64,000 nucleotides of DNA, taken from an uncultured Haloferula sp. (GTDB lineage: Bacteria; Verrucomicrobiota; Verrucomicrobiia; Verrucomicrobiales; Akkermansiaceae). The notes under the pieces were generated by a model that did not search any database, was not told the DNA's origin, and worked only from the letters and a program-made list of their open reading frames with translations. The stretch covers positions 128,001 through 192,000 of the forward strand of contig CBFGTS010000006.1 in assembly GCA_965652295.1 (NCBI GenBank). Reading direction: 5' to 3'. The position numbers were made by a program, and so were the translations under genes. Within the stretch, counting starts at the first letter, position 1; every line of letters begins with the position of its first letter. Of the stretch, positions 19,688 through 32,060 are shown in pieces.

Positions 19688-19751
19688 TAGGGGCACTTCG
19701 TCCACCGGCAACCCCGTGCAATGGACGCGAAACCCCTCAACCCCGGATGGG

Positions 19752-21323
19752 CTACTCCTGCTCCACGCGGAAAAACACCTTCGTCGATTCGATGAACGAC
19801 GCCGTGGACGTCGTCATTCCATCGCCGCCGGGAATCCCCGATCCGATGATCTCCGACCAATCGATCAAGTCTTCGGAAGCGGTGATGCGGTAGGTTGAAC
19901 CGAGGCTGCTCTCCCAGCTCAGCGTGACCTCATCGGCTTCGAGGTCCACCGACACATCAAGAATCCGGAAATCCTCCGGCAGGGGAATCAGCGATTCGCC
20001 GGGAAACGGTATGTAATCGCTATAACTCTGCCGCACCATCGGTATCGCCAGGTCAAAGGCCGTGACGTTCTCGATCAAGGTCCAAGTGACTCCGTCCTGA
20101 CTCCCTTCCATGGTGAATTGCACCGGATCCCACTCCGGGAGATTCGCCGCCGTGCCGAAGGCGTAGTCGACGATGCCCGGCGTCTCCGTGCCGAAATCGA
20201 AAACCAGGGGGGCCTTGGCGTTGTCCACCCACTTGGTCGAGAGAACGCCATCGATGAGACTCGCGGGCCCTTCCTCCGGCACTGGATTGACTCCGCCGGG
20301 ATTCTCCACCGCCACGGGAACCACCAGATCGAACTCATCGTAGAACTCGAACTCGGCGAGCTGCACGAACTCCGCTCCCGGGTCCCGTGTCTTCAGCGTG
20401 TTGAAGCGGATGTAGCGGTAGTTCACCGGCCCGCCCACCACGGACCGCACCACCAGGGAATCGGTCGCGGATAGCCCGGCCTCGGTGTCGGTGGCCACGA
20501 TCTCGAACTCCGTATCGCCAGGGCTGAGGGTCACGCTCGCGGACCCGAAAGGCTCGTTCTCGGTAACGACGCCGGGTGTGATCGTCACCTGATCGGCGAA
20601 GGAGGTGTCCCACGAGAGGAGGATGTCTTCGCCCTGGCGGGAAATCTGGGCGTCCGACGTGAGAGCTTCGACCGCCGGTGGTCCCTTCGGTAGCGTCTCG
20701 ATCACCACGCTTCCAATCCCGACATCGCCGCCGTTGCCGTTGCCGAGCCGGATCCGATCGAAGCTCAACCCGGAGGTGTAAACCGCCGTCGCGAGAACCG
20801 GCCCCGCGATGTCCGTCCCGGCATAGAGCCTCGTCCGTCCGGTCACGAAGTCATAGGTCAGGGTGACGACGCCGCCCACGGTCTGCGGATCGGCAACGGC
20901 CCGCTCCAGACTGGGCGCACCTTCCATACCGATCGAGGTATAGTCGCCGGCGAGGTCGCCGACGAAAACAAGCTCCTGCGCGCCGTTGAAAAGAGACACC
21001 CCTGCGTAGCCTCCATTCTGGCTCAGCAGCGAAAAATCGACCGTCATCTTCAGCAGACGTTCGGTGCCATCGAACGGGTTGGCGAAGTGACCGAACGCGA
21101 GCCGGGCGGCTCCGGTGGTATCAATGGAGCCTCCCTGTACCGTCAGCACCGTCCCGTCCGTCTGGCTCCATGGATTGCCGATATCGGGCAGTTTACCGGG
21201 AAGTTCGGTGCCGTCCGGGTCGTCGAAGTCGTCGGAAAACAGCGTATCCCCGAAGACCGGGGAAGATGCCATCAACAGGGAGACGGGGAGGACGTACCAT
21301 CGGAAGGGAAAAGCTGTCGCCAT
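19752..21323 (-). CDS. Secreted multidomain protein: N-terminal beta-rich domain, discoidin/CBM32-like domain, C-terminal FFRV domain
   Basis: Signal peptide; YRYIRF..VQLAEFEF..LIDG..TKW..FTMEGSQDGVTWT is discoidin-like; N-domain paralogous to 21561..22256. Confidence 0.75.
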   Translation of the reverse strand: MATAFPFRWYVLPVSLLMASSPVFGDTLFSDDFDDPDGTELPGKLPDIGNPWSQTDGTVLTVQGGSIDTTGAARLAFGHFANPFDGTERLLKMTVDFSLLSQNGGYAGVSLFNGAQELVFVGDLAGDYTSIGMEGAPSLERAVADPQTVGGVVTLTYDFVTGRTRLYAGTDIAGPVLATAVYTSGLSFDRIRLGNGNGGDVGIGSVVIETLPKGPPAVEALTSDAQISRQGEDILLSWDTSFADQVTITPGVVTENEPFGSASVTLSPGDTEFEIVATDTEAGLSATDSLVVRSVVGGPVNYRYIRFNTLKTRDPGAEFVQLAEFEFYDEFDLVVPVAVENPGGVNPVPEEGPASLIDGVLSTKWVDNAKAPLVFDFGTETPGIVDYAFGTAANLPEWDPVQFTMEGSQDGVTWTLIENVTAFDLAIPMVRQSYSDYIPFPGESLIPLPEDFRILDVSVDLEADEVTLSWESSLGSTYRITASEDLIDWSEIIGSGIPGGDGMTTSTASFIESTKVFFRVEQE

Positions 21324-21377
21324 GGGGATAGGGAGTTGGGTTTACGGAACGGCTCGAAATCGCCGCATCTAGAAAGG

Positions 21378-21406
21378 CATGCGGATTCGGAGGCGAAGGA
21401 CCGCCA
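21378..21406 (-). promoter_or_regulatory. Putative ECF-type promoter TGGCGG-N16-CCGCATG
   Basis: Minus strand TGGCGG TCCTTCGCCTCCGAAT CCGCATG, upstream of ATG 21323. Confidence 0.65.
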
Positions 21407-21467
21407 CGAAATCCGCGGTTTTTCCGGCAGCGGTCGGAGGGAGCGAAAAAAGAATCTTCCGACTTTC

Positions 21468-21496
21468 TGGCGGAAATGGCGGGGGATTTCCGCATG
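21468..21496 (+). promoter_or_regulatory. Putative ECF-type promoter TGGCGG-N16-CCGCATG
   Basis: TGGCGG AAATGGCGGGGGATTT CCGCATG, upstream of ATG 21561. Confidence 0.65.
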
Positions 21497-21560
21497 ACCT
21501 CATGATGGGACCTCTCGGTTCGAGGCCCCGGATTGAAAAAACTCAGCGACATCCCCATCC

Positions 21561-22256
21561 ATGAAACATCCCCTGAAAAACCCCTCCCTGCTGGTCACGG
21601 CGGTCACGATCCTCGGTACTTCCGTCGGTCACGCCGCTCTCGTCTTCGCCGATGACTTCAGCGAAGCCGATGGCACGGCGATCATTGGCAAAGCCCCGGA
21701 CATCGGCTCGAACTGGTCCGGAACCGCGCCGACCATCAGTGCCGGCAGCTTCGACACCAGCGGCGCAGGCCGCGAAGCCTACGGAAACTTCACCCTGGCT
21801 CTCGGGTCCGGACAGGTGCTCACCATGAGCTATGATGCCCTCCTCCCCTCCGCGGGTGCCTTCTTCACCGGTGGCTATGGAGGCGTGAGCCTCTATTCCG
21901 ACGCCGGCGAGCGGATCTTCACGGGCGATCTGGGTATCGACACGAACTGGGGGGTCGACCAGGCCGCCGTCCTCGGTGCCCAGGCCAGTTCCGACTCCAC
22001 GATTCCGACCACCGCGACCCTCCAATACTTCTTCGATACGGGGGAGTGGTCGTTCACCACGACCTCGGGGGTGAACCTCTCCGGCACCGGTCTGAGCGGT
22101 GAAGCCCTCAACCGGCTCCGCATCGCTAATGGAGCCGGTGGTGACATCCGCGTCGACAACCTGACGGTGGACATCAGCGCGGTGCCCGAGCCCTCCTCCG
22201 CGCTTCTCTCCGGTCTCGCGGTCCTTGGCTTCGGCCTCTGGCGCCGCAGAGCCTGA
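21561..22256 (+). CDS. PEP-CTERM sorting domain protein
   Basis: Signal peptide ending GHA; C-terminal [24 protein letters not shown]. Confidence 0.93.
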   Translation: MKHPLKNPSLLVTAVTILGTSVGHAALVFADDFSEADGTAIIGKAPDIGSNWSGTAPTISAGSFDTSGAGREAYGNFTLALGSGQVLTMSYDALLPSAGAFFTGGYGGVSLYSDAGERIFTGDLGIDTNWGVDQAAVLGAQASSDSTIPTTATLQYFFDTGEWSFTTTSGVNLSGTGLSGEALNRLRIANGAGGDIRVDNLTVDISAVPEPSSALLSGLAVLGFGLWRRRA

Positions 22257-22273
22257 AGCTCCGGCTTCGTTCT

Positions 22274-22308
22274 CGGCCGGCCGGATGATCTCCGGCCGGC
22301 TGTTTTTT
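22274..22308 (+). terminator. Intrinsic terminator after the PEP-CTERM gene
   Basis: CGGCCGGCCGGA-TGATC-TCCGGCCGGCTG followed by T6. Confidence 0.8.
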
Positions 22309-22332
22309 CTCCTGATTTCATCCCGCCCTTCC

Positions 22333-25300
22333 ATGACCCGCACCTCGTGTCCCGCCGCCGCTCTTCTTGCCACGGCGGCTTCCCTCGCCCTCTCCTCCGC
22401 CGCTGAGATCGGCCACGAAACCTTCGACTACCCCGATGGCGCGATCGCCGGCAGGTCGGGCGGGACCTTCTGGGACTGGAACCAGCTCACCGCCATTCAC
22501 AGCGGCAGCGCCTCGGATTGGGCTCACGTCTTCGGCACTCCACAGATCGTCTCCGGCGTGCTGCGCACCCACGAATCCGGTGCCCTGCGGGAATACAACG
22601 GCCCGAGCACCGGTCTCGGTGGCGACGAAGGTGCCGGTGCCCTGCGCGGCTCCGGCGTGGTCTACTACCGCGTCGACTACACCCAACGCGGCGAGAATGC
22701 ATGGTCGGGCATGAGCTCATTCGAGTTCGGCACCGAGCGGGTCTTCTTCGGTCAACCGGGCGGCCAGAGCAACCCGCGGCGATTCGGCATCGATCAGGGC
22801 GGCCAGACCGCACTGGGTTCACGTTCCGTGGCTCCGAACCAAACCTTCGACCTCGTCGCGGAGCTCAACCACAGCTCCAACACCCTGCGTCTCTGGGTCG
22901 ACCCCGAGGACGGTAACTCCGCGCCGGAAGCCTCGAAGATCCGCACCGGCTCGGCGTGGTCGTCTTCCATCCGTCTCGCCTCAGGCGGGCCGACGGAGTG
23001 GGACAACCTGCAGGTGGCCACTTCATGGAAAGACCTCGGTCTTCCTCCGAAGTCCGGAGTGCTGCTGGCGGAGACCTTCGCCGGCTACAACGTGGGCAGC
23101 CTCCCCGGCCAGGCCGTCACGAGCACCGGCTTCGGCGTGGGTGCGAGCTGGCAGGGCGACGGACCGGCTGAGTCCACCTTTGCCTCCAGGTCGGTTTTCT
23201 ACCCCGGGCTGCTGCCGGCCGGGGGCAAGCTGGTCACCTCCGGCGATGGTGGTGCCGGCACGACCGCCCTCCTTGACACCGGGAGCTTCGACCGCGCGGG
23301 ACTGCTGGATGCCGATGGAAAGGTCGGAGGAGGCGACATCGAAGGCTCGCTGTATTTCGCCTTCGTCGGCCGCTCGATGACCGACGTCGGCAGCGGCGCT
23401 TTCGGCGGGCTCCACTTTTACCTCGATGGCAACGAACGCACCTTGATCGGAAACAGCTGGCCGGAGTCGAACTTCGGAGCCTCGGCCGAACACACCGCCA
23501 CGGTGATGCCGCTTTCCAGCGCGAACCCGGACCAGAACGGCGGCCTCGAATCCATTGATACCGACAGCCATTTCTTCATCGGTCGCATCGATTTCCGCGC
23601 CGGCGAGGCGGATGACCTCACCATCTGGCTGGACCCGGATCTCTCCGCACCGGAGCTGGACCAGAGCGCCTCGCTCACCACCCGGACGCCGGGCTTCGCC
23701 GACCTGGCCTTCGATGCAATCCACTTCCGCAGTGGAAACGGGAACCCGTGGGAGTTCGACGACCTCCGCATGGGAACTACTTGGGATTCCGTACTTCCGA
23801 CGCCCTACGAAGGCGACCTCATCCGCGTCCAGACCCTGGGCGAGCGGCTGGTGCGGGTCGAAATCCGCGGACCCCAGGGCTTTGAAGATCGCGAGACCTT
23901 CACCGTCGTCGGCCGCGATTGGGACGAGGTCCCCGCCACGACCACGCACGGGGACGGGGAAACGGTCATCAGCACCGCGAGCTACCGCGTCCGCATTCCG
24001 GCCGATGCGACCTCGCTGGAAGGCATCCGGATCGAGTCGCCCTCCGGTGAGCTGCTCCACGAACTTGCCGCCACTCTTCCTGCAAACGCCTATCTTCCCA
24101 GCCCCGAGGATGCCGGTCCGGTCTGGCTCATGGCGGACCACCCGCGGCTGGTGCCCCCACCTTGGGGTGCCACGCCACCGCCGGACAGCAGCGACCCGCA
24201 GTCCGGTTGGGATTCGGGAAACGACGCCCACGATGTGTACGTCTTCCTCCTCCCGGACGGGGCCGACGAAGCGTTCCGCGAGGACTTCCTGCACCTCACC
24301 GGGCCGGTTCCGCTGCCTCCGCTCTCGACCTTCGGTCTCTGGGACAGCCGGTATTTCCCCTACACCGAGGAGACCGCGCTGGAGGTCATCGACACCTACC
24401 GCGCCAAGTCGATCCCGCTCGACATGTTCGTGCTCGATACCGACTGGCGGATCGGCGCATCCGACGGCTACGGCGTGGCCACGAACTATTTCCCGGACAT
24501 GGCCCGCTTCCTTGAGGCAGCGCACGCACGGAATGTCGGCGTGATGTTCAACGACCACCCCGAACCGATCGCTCCCACGGCGCTCGACCCCGCGGAGCTG
24601 CAATACCGTTGGGAAGGGCTGACCTCGATCCTCGACCTTGGCGGCGACGTCTGGTGGTACGACCGGAACTGGCATACCAGCCTGCCCGAACCGATGCCGG
24701 GGATCCGCAAGGAAGTCTGGGGCATGCGGCTTTTCCAGGACATCACGCAGCGCTACGCACCGGACCGCCGGCCGCTGATCATGGCCAACGTGGACGGCAT
24801 CGACAACGGAGCGTGGAACGACCCCTCGCATCCCGCCGCGCACCGTTTCCCGATCTGGTGGACGGGGGACATCTACAGCGACTGGGATGACATCCGGAAC
24901 GAAGTCGCCCTCTCCACCAACAGCGGCATCGCCCGCATGATGCCCTATGTGCACCCCGACTGCGGCGGCCACAACACCAATCCGACCTCGGAAGGCTACG
25001 CGCGCTGGGTGCAGTTCGGCGCGCTCTGTCCGGTGTTCCGGCTTCATGGTGGTGCCAAGGAAATCCGCTATCCCTGGGCCTACGGAGCGGAAGCCGAAGC
25101 GATCGCCCGCGATTACACCCAGCTCCGCTACCGCCTGCTGCCCACCATCTACTCCGCCGCCGCCCGCGCCCACGAGGATGGCATGCCGATCCTGCGCCGC
25201 TGCGACCTTGAATGGCCGGAGCAACCCGAGGCCGCGGGCGACGGTCAGTATCTGTTCGGCGATGACCTGCTGGTCGCACCGCTCACCCAGCCGGGCACCT

Positions 25301-26745
25301 CGTTCGCGGAGCAGGAAAGCGGCCTCCTCCGCACGGCGGAATCCGGCGGGCAGCCGGGGCTCAACGCAGAATACTTTGCCAACCCTTCGCTCACCGGTGC
25401 GCCGGTGCTCTCGCGTGTCGATGCCGCGGTGAACTTCGATTGGGGTACTGGCTCCCCGGGCCATGGCGTGCCCGCCAACAGCTTCTCGGCCCGCTGGACC
25501 GGATGGATCGGTCCATTCGAGGAAACGGGCACCTTCGAGATCGCCCTCCAGGCGGACGACGGCGTACGTCTGTGGATCGATGACGAATTGTTGATCGATG
25601 CCTGGGTGCCGCAGGACGGCATCTATCACTCGGCCTCCTTCCAGGTCACCGCCGGGGAATCCCTGCCGATCCGCATCAGCTACTATGAAGGTAGTGGAGG
25701 CGCGAAGATCCGCTTCGGTGAAGCCGTCCCGCAGTCGTTCAGCCTGTGGCTGCCACCCGGCGAGTGGGAGGACGCGTGGACCGGCGAGCGCCTCAACGGC
25801 CCCGCCACGATCAGCCGCCATTACCCGTTGGCCCGCTGTCCAATCTTCTACCGCGTGGGCGGGGCCGTGCTGACGGTGCCAACGATGCAATACTCCGGCG
25901 AGCGCCCGTGGGGCGAGGTCGTGGTCGATGCCATTTCCCCTTCCACGGACGGCGAATCCACGCGCGTGCTCTACGAAGACGACGGCGAGTCCACGGGCTA
26001 CCTCGAGGGCCTTTCCCGCCGGACGGTGGTGAAAACCCGCCGCCTCGGCGAGCAGCACCGCGTTTCCATCCTACCCGCGTCCGGAGACTACCCCGGAGCC
26101 ATCAGCGAACGTTCCTGGGGCGTTCGTTTCCACCTGCCCGCCGGAACCACGAAAGGCACCGTACTTCGCAATGGCGTACCACTCCCCTGGGACGGCGGCG
26201 AAGCCGTGTGGATCGAAGGAGGCGGTGATTCCGACGACTCCATGCCTCTTGGCGGCGCAGGCACCGGCACCCGTTCGCTGCAAGGTCCGGTGGTCGAGGT
26301 CACCCTGCCTTCCGAGTCCGTGGCCACCGCCCAGGAGGTCATTTTCGGACCGCTCGACTCGGATGGCGATGGCATCCCGGACGAAACCGAAGGCGATGGC
26401 GATCCTGATGGCGACGGCATTCCGAATTACCTCGACGACGATTCGGATGGCGATGGCCAAAGCGATGCCGTGGAAGCCAGCGCCGGCACCGACCGGCTGA
26501 ACCCGGCGGAGTGGTTCCGGATTGAAAGCTTCGACCATTCCGGTGCCGAAACGCTTCGCCTGACCCTTTCCGGCAAACCCGGCCAAACCTATCAGCTCGA
26601 AGGTTCCCCCTCGATGGAGGAAGGCAGCTGGACGGATGTCGGCGAGCCCATCGGCCCGCTGGCGGCCGCAGCCACCGTGGAGATGGAGGTGCCGCTGACG
26701 GAGGAAAGCAGGAGTTTTTTTCGCATCGCCACCGCCGGTCCATGA
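22333..26745 (+). CDS. Secreted multimodular GH31 glycoside hydrolase with PA14 domain, DxDGDG repeats and C-terminal FFRI domain
   Basis: [57 protein letters not shown]14-like [24 protein letters not shown]. Confidence 0.85.
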   Translation: MTRTSCPAAALLATAASLALSSAAEIGHETFDYPDGAIAGRSGGTFWDWNQLTAIHSGSASDWAHVFGTPQIVSGVLRTHESGALREYNGPSTGLGGDEGAGALRGSGVVYYRVDYTQRGENAWSGMSSFEFGTERVFFGQPGGQSNPRRFGIDQGGQTALGSRSVAPNQTFDLVAELNHSSNTLRLWVDPEDGNSAPEASKIRTGSAWSSSIRLASGGPTEWDNLQVATSWKDLGLPPKSGVLLAETFAGYNVGSLPGQAVTSTGFGVGASWQGDGPAESTFASRSVFYPGLLPAGGKLVTSGDGGAGTTALLDTGSFDRAGLLDADGKVGGGDIEGSLYFAFVGRSMTDVGSGAFGGLHFYLDGNERTLIGNSWPESNFGASAEHTATVMPLSSANPDQNGGLESIDTDSHFFIGRIDFRAGEADDLTIWLDPDLSAPELDQSASLTTRTPGFADLAFDAIHFRSGNGNPWEFDDLRMGTTWDSVLPTPYEGDLIRVQTLGERLVRVEIRGPQGFEDRETFTVVGRDWDEVPATTTHGDGETVISTASYRVRIPADATSLEGIRIESPSGELLHELAATLPANAYLPSPEDAGPVWLMADHPRLVPPPWGATPPPDSSDPQSGWDSGNDAHDVYVFLLPDGADEAFREDFLHLTGPVPLPPLSTFGLWDSRYFPYTEETALEVIDTYRAKSIPLDMFVLDTDWRIGASDGYGVATNYFPDMARFLEAAHARNVGVMFNDHPEPIAPTALDPAELQYRWEGLTSILDLGGDVWWYDRNWHTSLPEPMPGIRKEVWGMRLFQDITQRYAPDRRPLIMANVDGIDNGAWNDPSHPAAHRFPIWWTGDIYSDWDDIRNEVALSTNSGIARMMPYVHPDCGGHNTNPTSEGYARWVQFGALCPVFRLHGGAKEIRYPWAYGAEAEAIARDYTQLRYRLLPTIYSAAARAHEDGMPILRRCDLEWPEQPEAAGDGQYLFGDDLLVAPLTQPGTSFAEQESGLLRTAESGGQPGLNAEYFANPSLTGAPVLSRVDAAVNFDWGTGSPGHGVPANSFSARWTGWIGPFEETGTFEIALQADDGVRLWIDDELLIDAWVPQDGIYHSASFQVTAGESLPIRISYYEGSGGAKIRFGEAVPQSFSLWLPPGEWEDAWTGERLNGPATISRHYPLARCPIFYRVGGAVLTVPTMQYSGERPWGEVVVDAISPSTDGESTRVLYEDDGESTGYLEGLSRRTVVKTRRLGEQHRVSILPASGDYPGAISERSWGVRFHLPAGTTKGTVLRNGVPLPWDGGEAVWIEGGGDSDDSMPLGGAGTGTRSLQGPVVEVTLPSESVATAQEVIFGPLDSDGDGIPDETEGDGDPDGDGIPNYLDDDSDGDGQSDAVEASAGTDRLNPAEWFRIESFDHSGAETLRLTLSGKPGQTYQLEGSPSMEEGSWTDVGEPIGPLAAAATVEMEVPLTEESRSFFRIATAGP

Positions 26746-26749
26746 GGAC

Positions 26750-28969
<2,220 letters not shown>

Positions 28970-28978
28970 GGGTATTCC

Positions 28979-29539
28979 TCAGGGCGCGGCGGTCGATCGA
29001 TCGGCGGTGATCATCTGGTAAAGCTTCGCCCGCGCGAACATCCACTGCCGTTCCACCGAGCGCATGCTGCGACCGACCAGGTCCGCGATTTCCCGGTTGC
29101 CTAGGCCGGCGTAGAACTTCAACAGGACCACCTGCGCCGACGCCGGATCCGTGCGTTCCAGCTGGAGCAAACACTCGTGGATCAGCAACACATGGTCGTT
29201 GTCGCCGGGGAAACCCTGTTCCAGCGCTTCGTCCGGTTCGGTCGCCCGGCGTTTGGCCGCGGATTTCTCACGCGCGCGGTCCACCAGGATCCGCCGCATC
29301 GCCTGGGCGGCGGCTCCGAAGAAATGCGCCCGGTTTTCCCACGTCACCAGTCGGCCTCCGGAAAGCCGCAGCCACGCCTCGTGGACCAACGCCGTGGGCT
29401 GGAGGGTGAACTGCCGGCTTTCATGCCGCAACCGGTCCGAGGCGATCCGCCGCAGTTCCTCATACACGACCGGGAGAATCTGCTCGGTGGTCAGAGCTTC
29501 AGGCCCCTGCTCGGTCGGCGGTTCCTCCTCGAAAAACAT
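28979..29539 (-). CDS. ECF sigma factor, kinase-associated (TIGR02999-like)
   Basis: VYEELRRIA, TLQPTALVHEAWLRL, RAHFFGAAAQAMRRILVDRAR, W.FARAKL; SD-like GGAGGG before ATG 29539. Confidence 0.92.
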   Translation of the reverse strand: MFFEEEPPTEQGPEALTTEQILPVVYEELRRIASDRLRHESRQFTLQPTALVHEAWLRLSGGRLVTWENRAHFFGAAAQAMRRILVDRAREKSAAKRRATEPDEALEQGFPGDNDHVLLIHECLLQLERTDPASAQVVLLKFYAGLGNREIADLVGRSMRSVERQWMFARAKLYQMITADRSTAAP

Positions 29540-29658
29540 ACCCTCCCTTCTAAGAATCCGGAGGTGGCGCGACAAGGCAAATGAACGCTGCAAGACCGCC
29601 CTTCAGCCTCTCGTATGCAGCCTTTTTCCGGGAATCGAAAGATCGCAGGCCTCCGCTC

Positions 29659-30330
29659 TCACAGCCATCCCGCCACCTCGAAAGCCCGCCGCGCCCGCTC
29701 CCGGGCATGCTCGCGCAGCGGCTCGCCGTGACCCACCACGACCTGCTCGAACTCCCATTCCATCACCCGCCGCACCGATTTCCGGAGCGCCTCCTCATCC
29801 TGCACGGCGAACCTCATCCGCCGCGAGGTGCCCGGAGCGTGTTCTTTTCCCAGACCCACGCGCAGCAGGCACTGCTTCCAGAGGCCCGTGGCCGCAGGGA
29901 AATTCATCAGCAGGTCGCACACGATCAAGGTCCGGCTGGGCAGGTGAAAAAAGACGTGCTCGCCGAACCCCGGTGCGCCTTCGATCGGTAGCACCTCGAT
30001 CTCGTCCCGCCATTCCTCCGGCGGCGGCATCAGCGGCAGCACCGGGCGACCGATCCCGGGAAAACCCTCCGGGGCGAGGTAGCTCGCCTCGGGAAAGGCG
30101 GCGGCCCCCGCAGCCGCGAAGGTATCGTGATCGATCATCGGATCAGTGATCCACGCCGGTTCGCCCAACGCCCGGATCTGCGCCACGTCATCCGCGGGAA
30201 AATCCGCCGTCGAATGAATGAGCAGCTTGCCCGAGGTCAGCCGGATCACCGTAACGTTGCGATGAATGTCCACCCCGAGGAGGGGAAATTTGAAGGGAAG
30301 ATACCAGATGCCGGAACCGATCGCTTTCAT
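29659..30330 (-). CDS. DUF4336-like (metallo-beta-lactamase-related) protein
   Basis: NVTVIRLTSGKLLIHS, EHVFFHLPSRTLIVCDL, WEFEQVVVGHG; start moved to ATG 30330. Confidence 0.75.
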   Translation of the reverse strand: MKAIGSGIWYLPFKFPLLGVDIHRNVTVIRLTSGKLLIHSTADFPADDVAQIRALGEPAWITDPMIDHDTFAAAGAAAFPEASYLAPEGFPGIGRPVLPLMPPPEEWRDEIEVLPIEGAPGFGEHVFFHLPSRTLIVCDLLMNFPAATGLWKQCLLRVGLGKEHAPGTSRRMRFAVQDEEALRKSVRRVMEWEFEQVVVGHGEPLREHARERARRAFEVAGWL

Positions 30331-30531
30331 GGGAGACGTCACGCCTCCACCAAAACGCCCCGTCTTTCCAACGAAATCAGCGCGGCCTCGGGGAAGTCCG
30401 ACTCTGCCGCGGGAGATCGCTACCCGGCTGCCGGGTTTTCGTGTCACCGGCCGAGGTTTCTCATTCACCCCGAATGGGGAGGTTGCCAAGGTGGTCAAGA
30501 AGCCGGGAGAGTCCCGCGCGCAAATGTCCTT

Positions 30532-31560
30532 ATGAAAGTTTCTTCCTCGTTCTTCACCGTCGGCCTCCTGACCGGTCTGCTGGCCGCGTGCCTGGCATTT
30601 GCCTGGATCGGCCGCCGCGGCGAAACCGGCACCGCCTCGGGGGGCCGCGTCCTCACCGTCGCCCACGCCCTGCCCGTGACCCACCCGGTCCACAAAGGCA
30701 TCGAGAATTTCGGCGATGAGCTGAAGAAACTCTCCAACGGCGCCCTCACCATCGAGATCTTCCCCAGCGAACAGCTTGGCAACGAGACCGAGTGTCTGGA
30801 GAAAGTCCAACAGGGCACCATCGACATCACCAAGACCAGCGCCGCGCCGATCGGCAACTTCGTCCCCGTCTTCAAACTCTTCAGCCTGCCTTATCTGTTC
30901 CGCGACCGCGACCACTTGTGGCGCGCGCTCGACGGCCAGGTCGGCCAGGATTTGCTCACCGCCCTCTCCACCAACGACCAAGGCTCGCCGAGCGGCCTCA
31001 TCGGCCTCGGCTACTACGACGCCGGCAGTCGCAGCTTTTACACCACCCGCCCGGTCACCTCGCCCGCCGACCTCCAGGGTCTCAAGATCCGCGTGATGCA
31101 GGATCCGGTGGCCGAGGACACCGTCAAGGCCATGGGGGCCTCCGCCGTCGCCATGGCATTCGGGGAACTCTACACTTCGCTGAAACAGGGCGGCGTGGAC
31201 GGCGCGGAAAACAACCCGCCCAGCTTCCTTTCCAGCCGCCACTTCGAGGTGTGCAAGCACTACATCCTCGACGCGCATTCCAGCATTCCAGACGTCCTCG
31301 TCGCCAGCGCCAAGCTCTGGGATGGTCTCAACGAAACCGAGCGCGGGTGGGTGCTGGAAGCCATGAAACGCTCGAGCCAGTTCCAGCGCGAACTCTGGGC
31401 GGTCGAGACCGAGCGCGCCCTCAAGGAGCTGGCGGAAGGCGGTGTGACCATTGTCGAGCCCGACCCCGAGCCGTTCCGTCAGGCGGCCGAACCTGTCACC
31501 GAAAAATACGCCACCGGAGCCCGGGCGGAAATGGTCAACCGGATCAAGGAGGTCAAATGA
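30532..31560 (+). CDS. dctP: TRAP transporter substrate-binding protein
   Basis: IFPSEQLG, FSLPYLF, DLQGLKIRV, ELYTSLKQGGVDGAENN. Confidence 0.92.
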   Translation: MKVSSSFFTVGLLTGLLAACLAFAWIGRRGETGTASGGRVLTVAHALPVTHPVHKGIENFGDELKKLSNGALTIEIFPSEQLGNETECLEKVQQGTIDITKTSAAPIGNFVPVFKLFSLPYLFRDRDHLWRALDGQVGQDLLTALSTNDQGSPSGLIGLGYYDAGSRSFYTTRPVTSPADLQGLKIRVMQDPVAEDTVKAMGASAVAMAFGELYTSLKQGGVDGAENNPPSFLSSRHFEVCKHYILDAHSSIPDVLVASAKLWDGLNETERGWVLEAMKRSSQFQRELWAVETERALKELAEGGVTIVEPDPEPFRQAAEPVTEKYATGARAEMVNRIKEVK

Positions 31561-32060
31561 GCCGTCACGGAACCTTCCACCACATCCTCGTGCGAACCCT
31601 CGGCGGCCTCTGTGCCCTGATGTTCGCCGCTCTGGTGCTCGACGTCCTGTGGGGCGTCTTCACCCGCCAGATCCTCAACGCCCAGCCCGCCTGGACCGAG
31701 GAACTCGCGCGCTTCCTGCTCGTCTGGCTTTCCATCCTCGGCGGCGTGCTGGCCTATGCCGATGACCGACACCTCGGCGTCGATGTCCTCGTCGCCCGCC
31801 TCGACCCCGGAGCCCGGAAGATCGCCCTGCTGGTCTCCCACCTCTGCGTGCTCGGGTTTTCGCTGGCGGTGCTGGTGATCGGCGGCAGTGAGCTCTTCCA
31901 CAGCCGCTGGGAGGCCGGCCAGATGATGTCCGCCCTGCACATCCGCAAGGCCTGGTTCTACCTCGTGCTGCCCCTCGGAGGCTCGCTGATCACCCTGCTC
32001 GCGATCGGCAAGCTTCTCGAAACGCTGCGCATCTTCCGTGGAAAGGAGGAAGTACGATGA
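31557..32060 (+). CDS. dctQ: TRAP transporter small permease
   Basis: VFTR..WTEELARFLLVW..HLGVD; ATGA overlaps at both ends. Confidence 0.88.
   Translation: MSRHGTFHHILVRTLGGLCALMFAALVLDVLWGVFTRQILNAQPAWTEELARFLLVWLSILGGVLAYADDRHLGVDVLVARLDPGARKIALLVSHLCVLGFSLAVLVIGGSELFHSRWEAGQMMSALHIRKAWFYLVLPLGGSLITLLAIGKLLETLRIFRGKEEVR

Noticed and set aside
26356..26470. GATGGCGA-type nucleotide repeats
   Set aside because: Explained by DxDGDG calcium-binding-type protein repeats in the GH31 gene
29659..31278. 539-aa ORF as a single protein
   Set aside because: Its N-terminal part is antisense to dctP; the real gene most likely starts at ATG 30330
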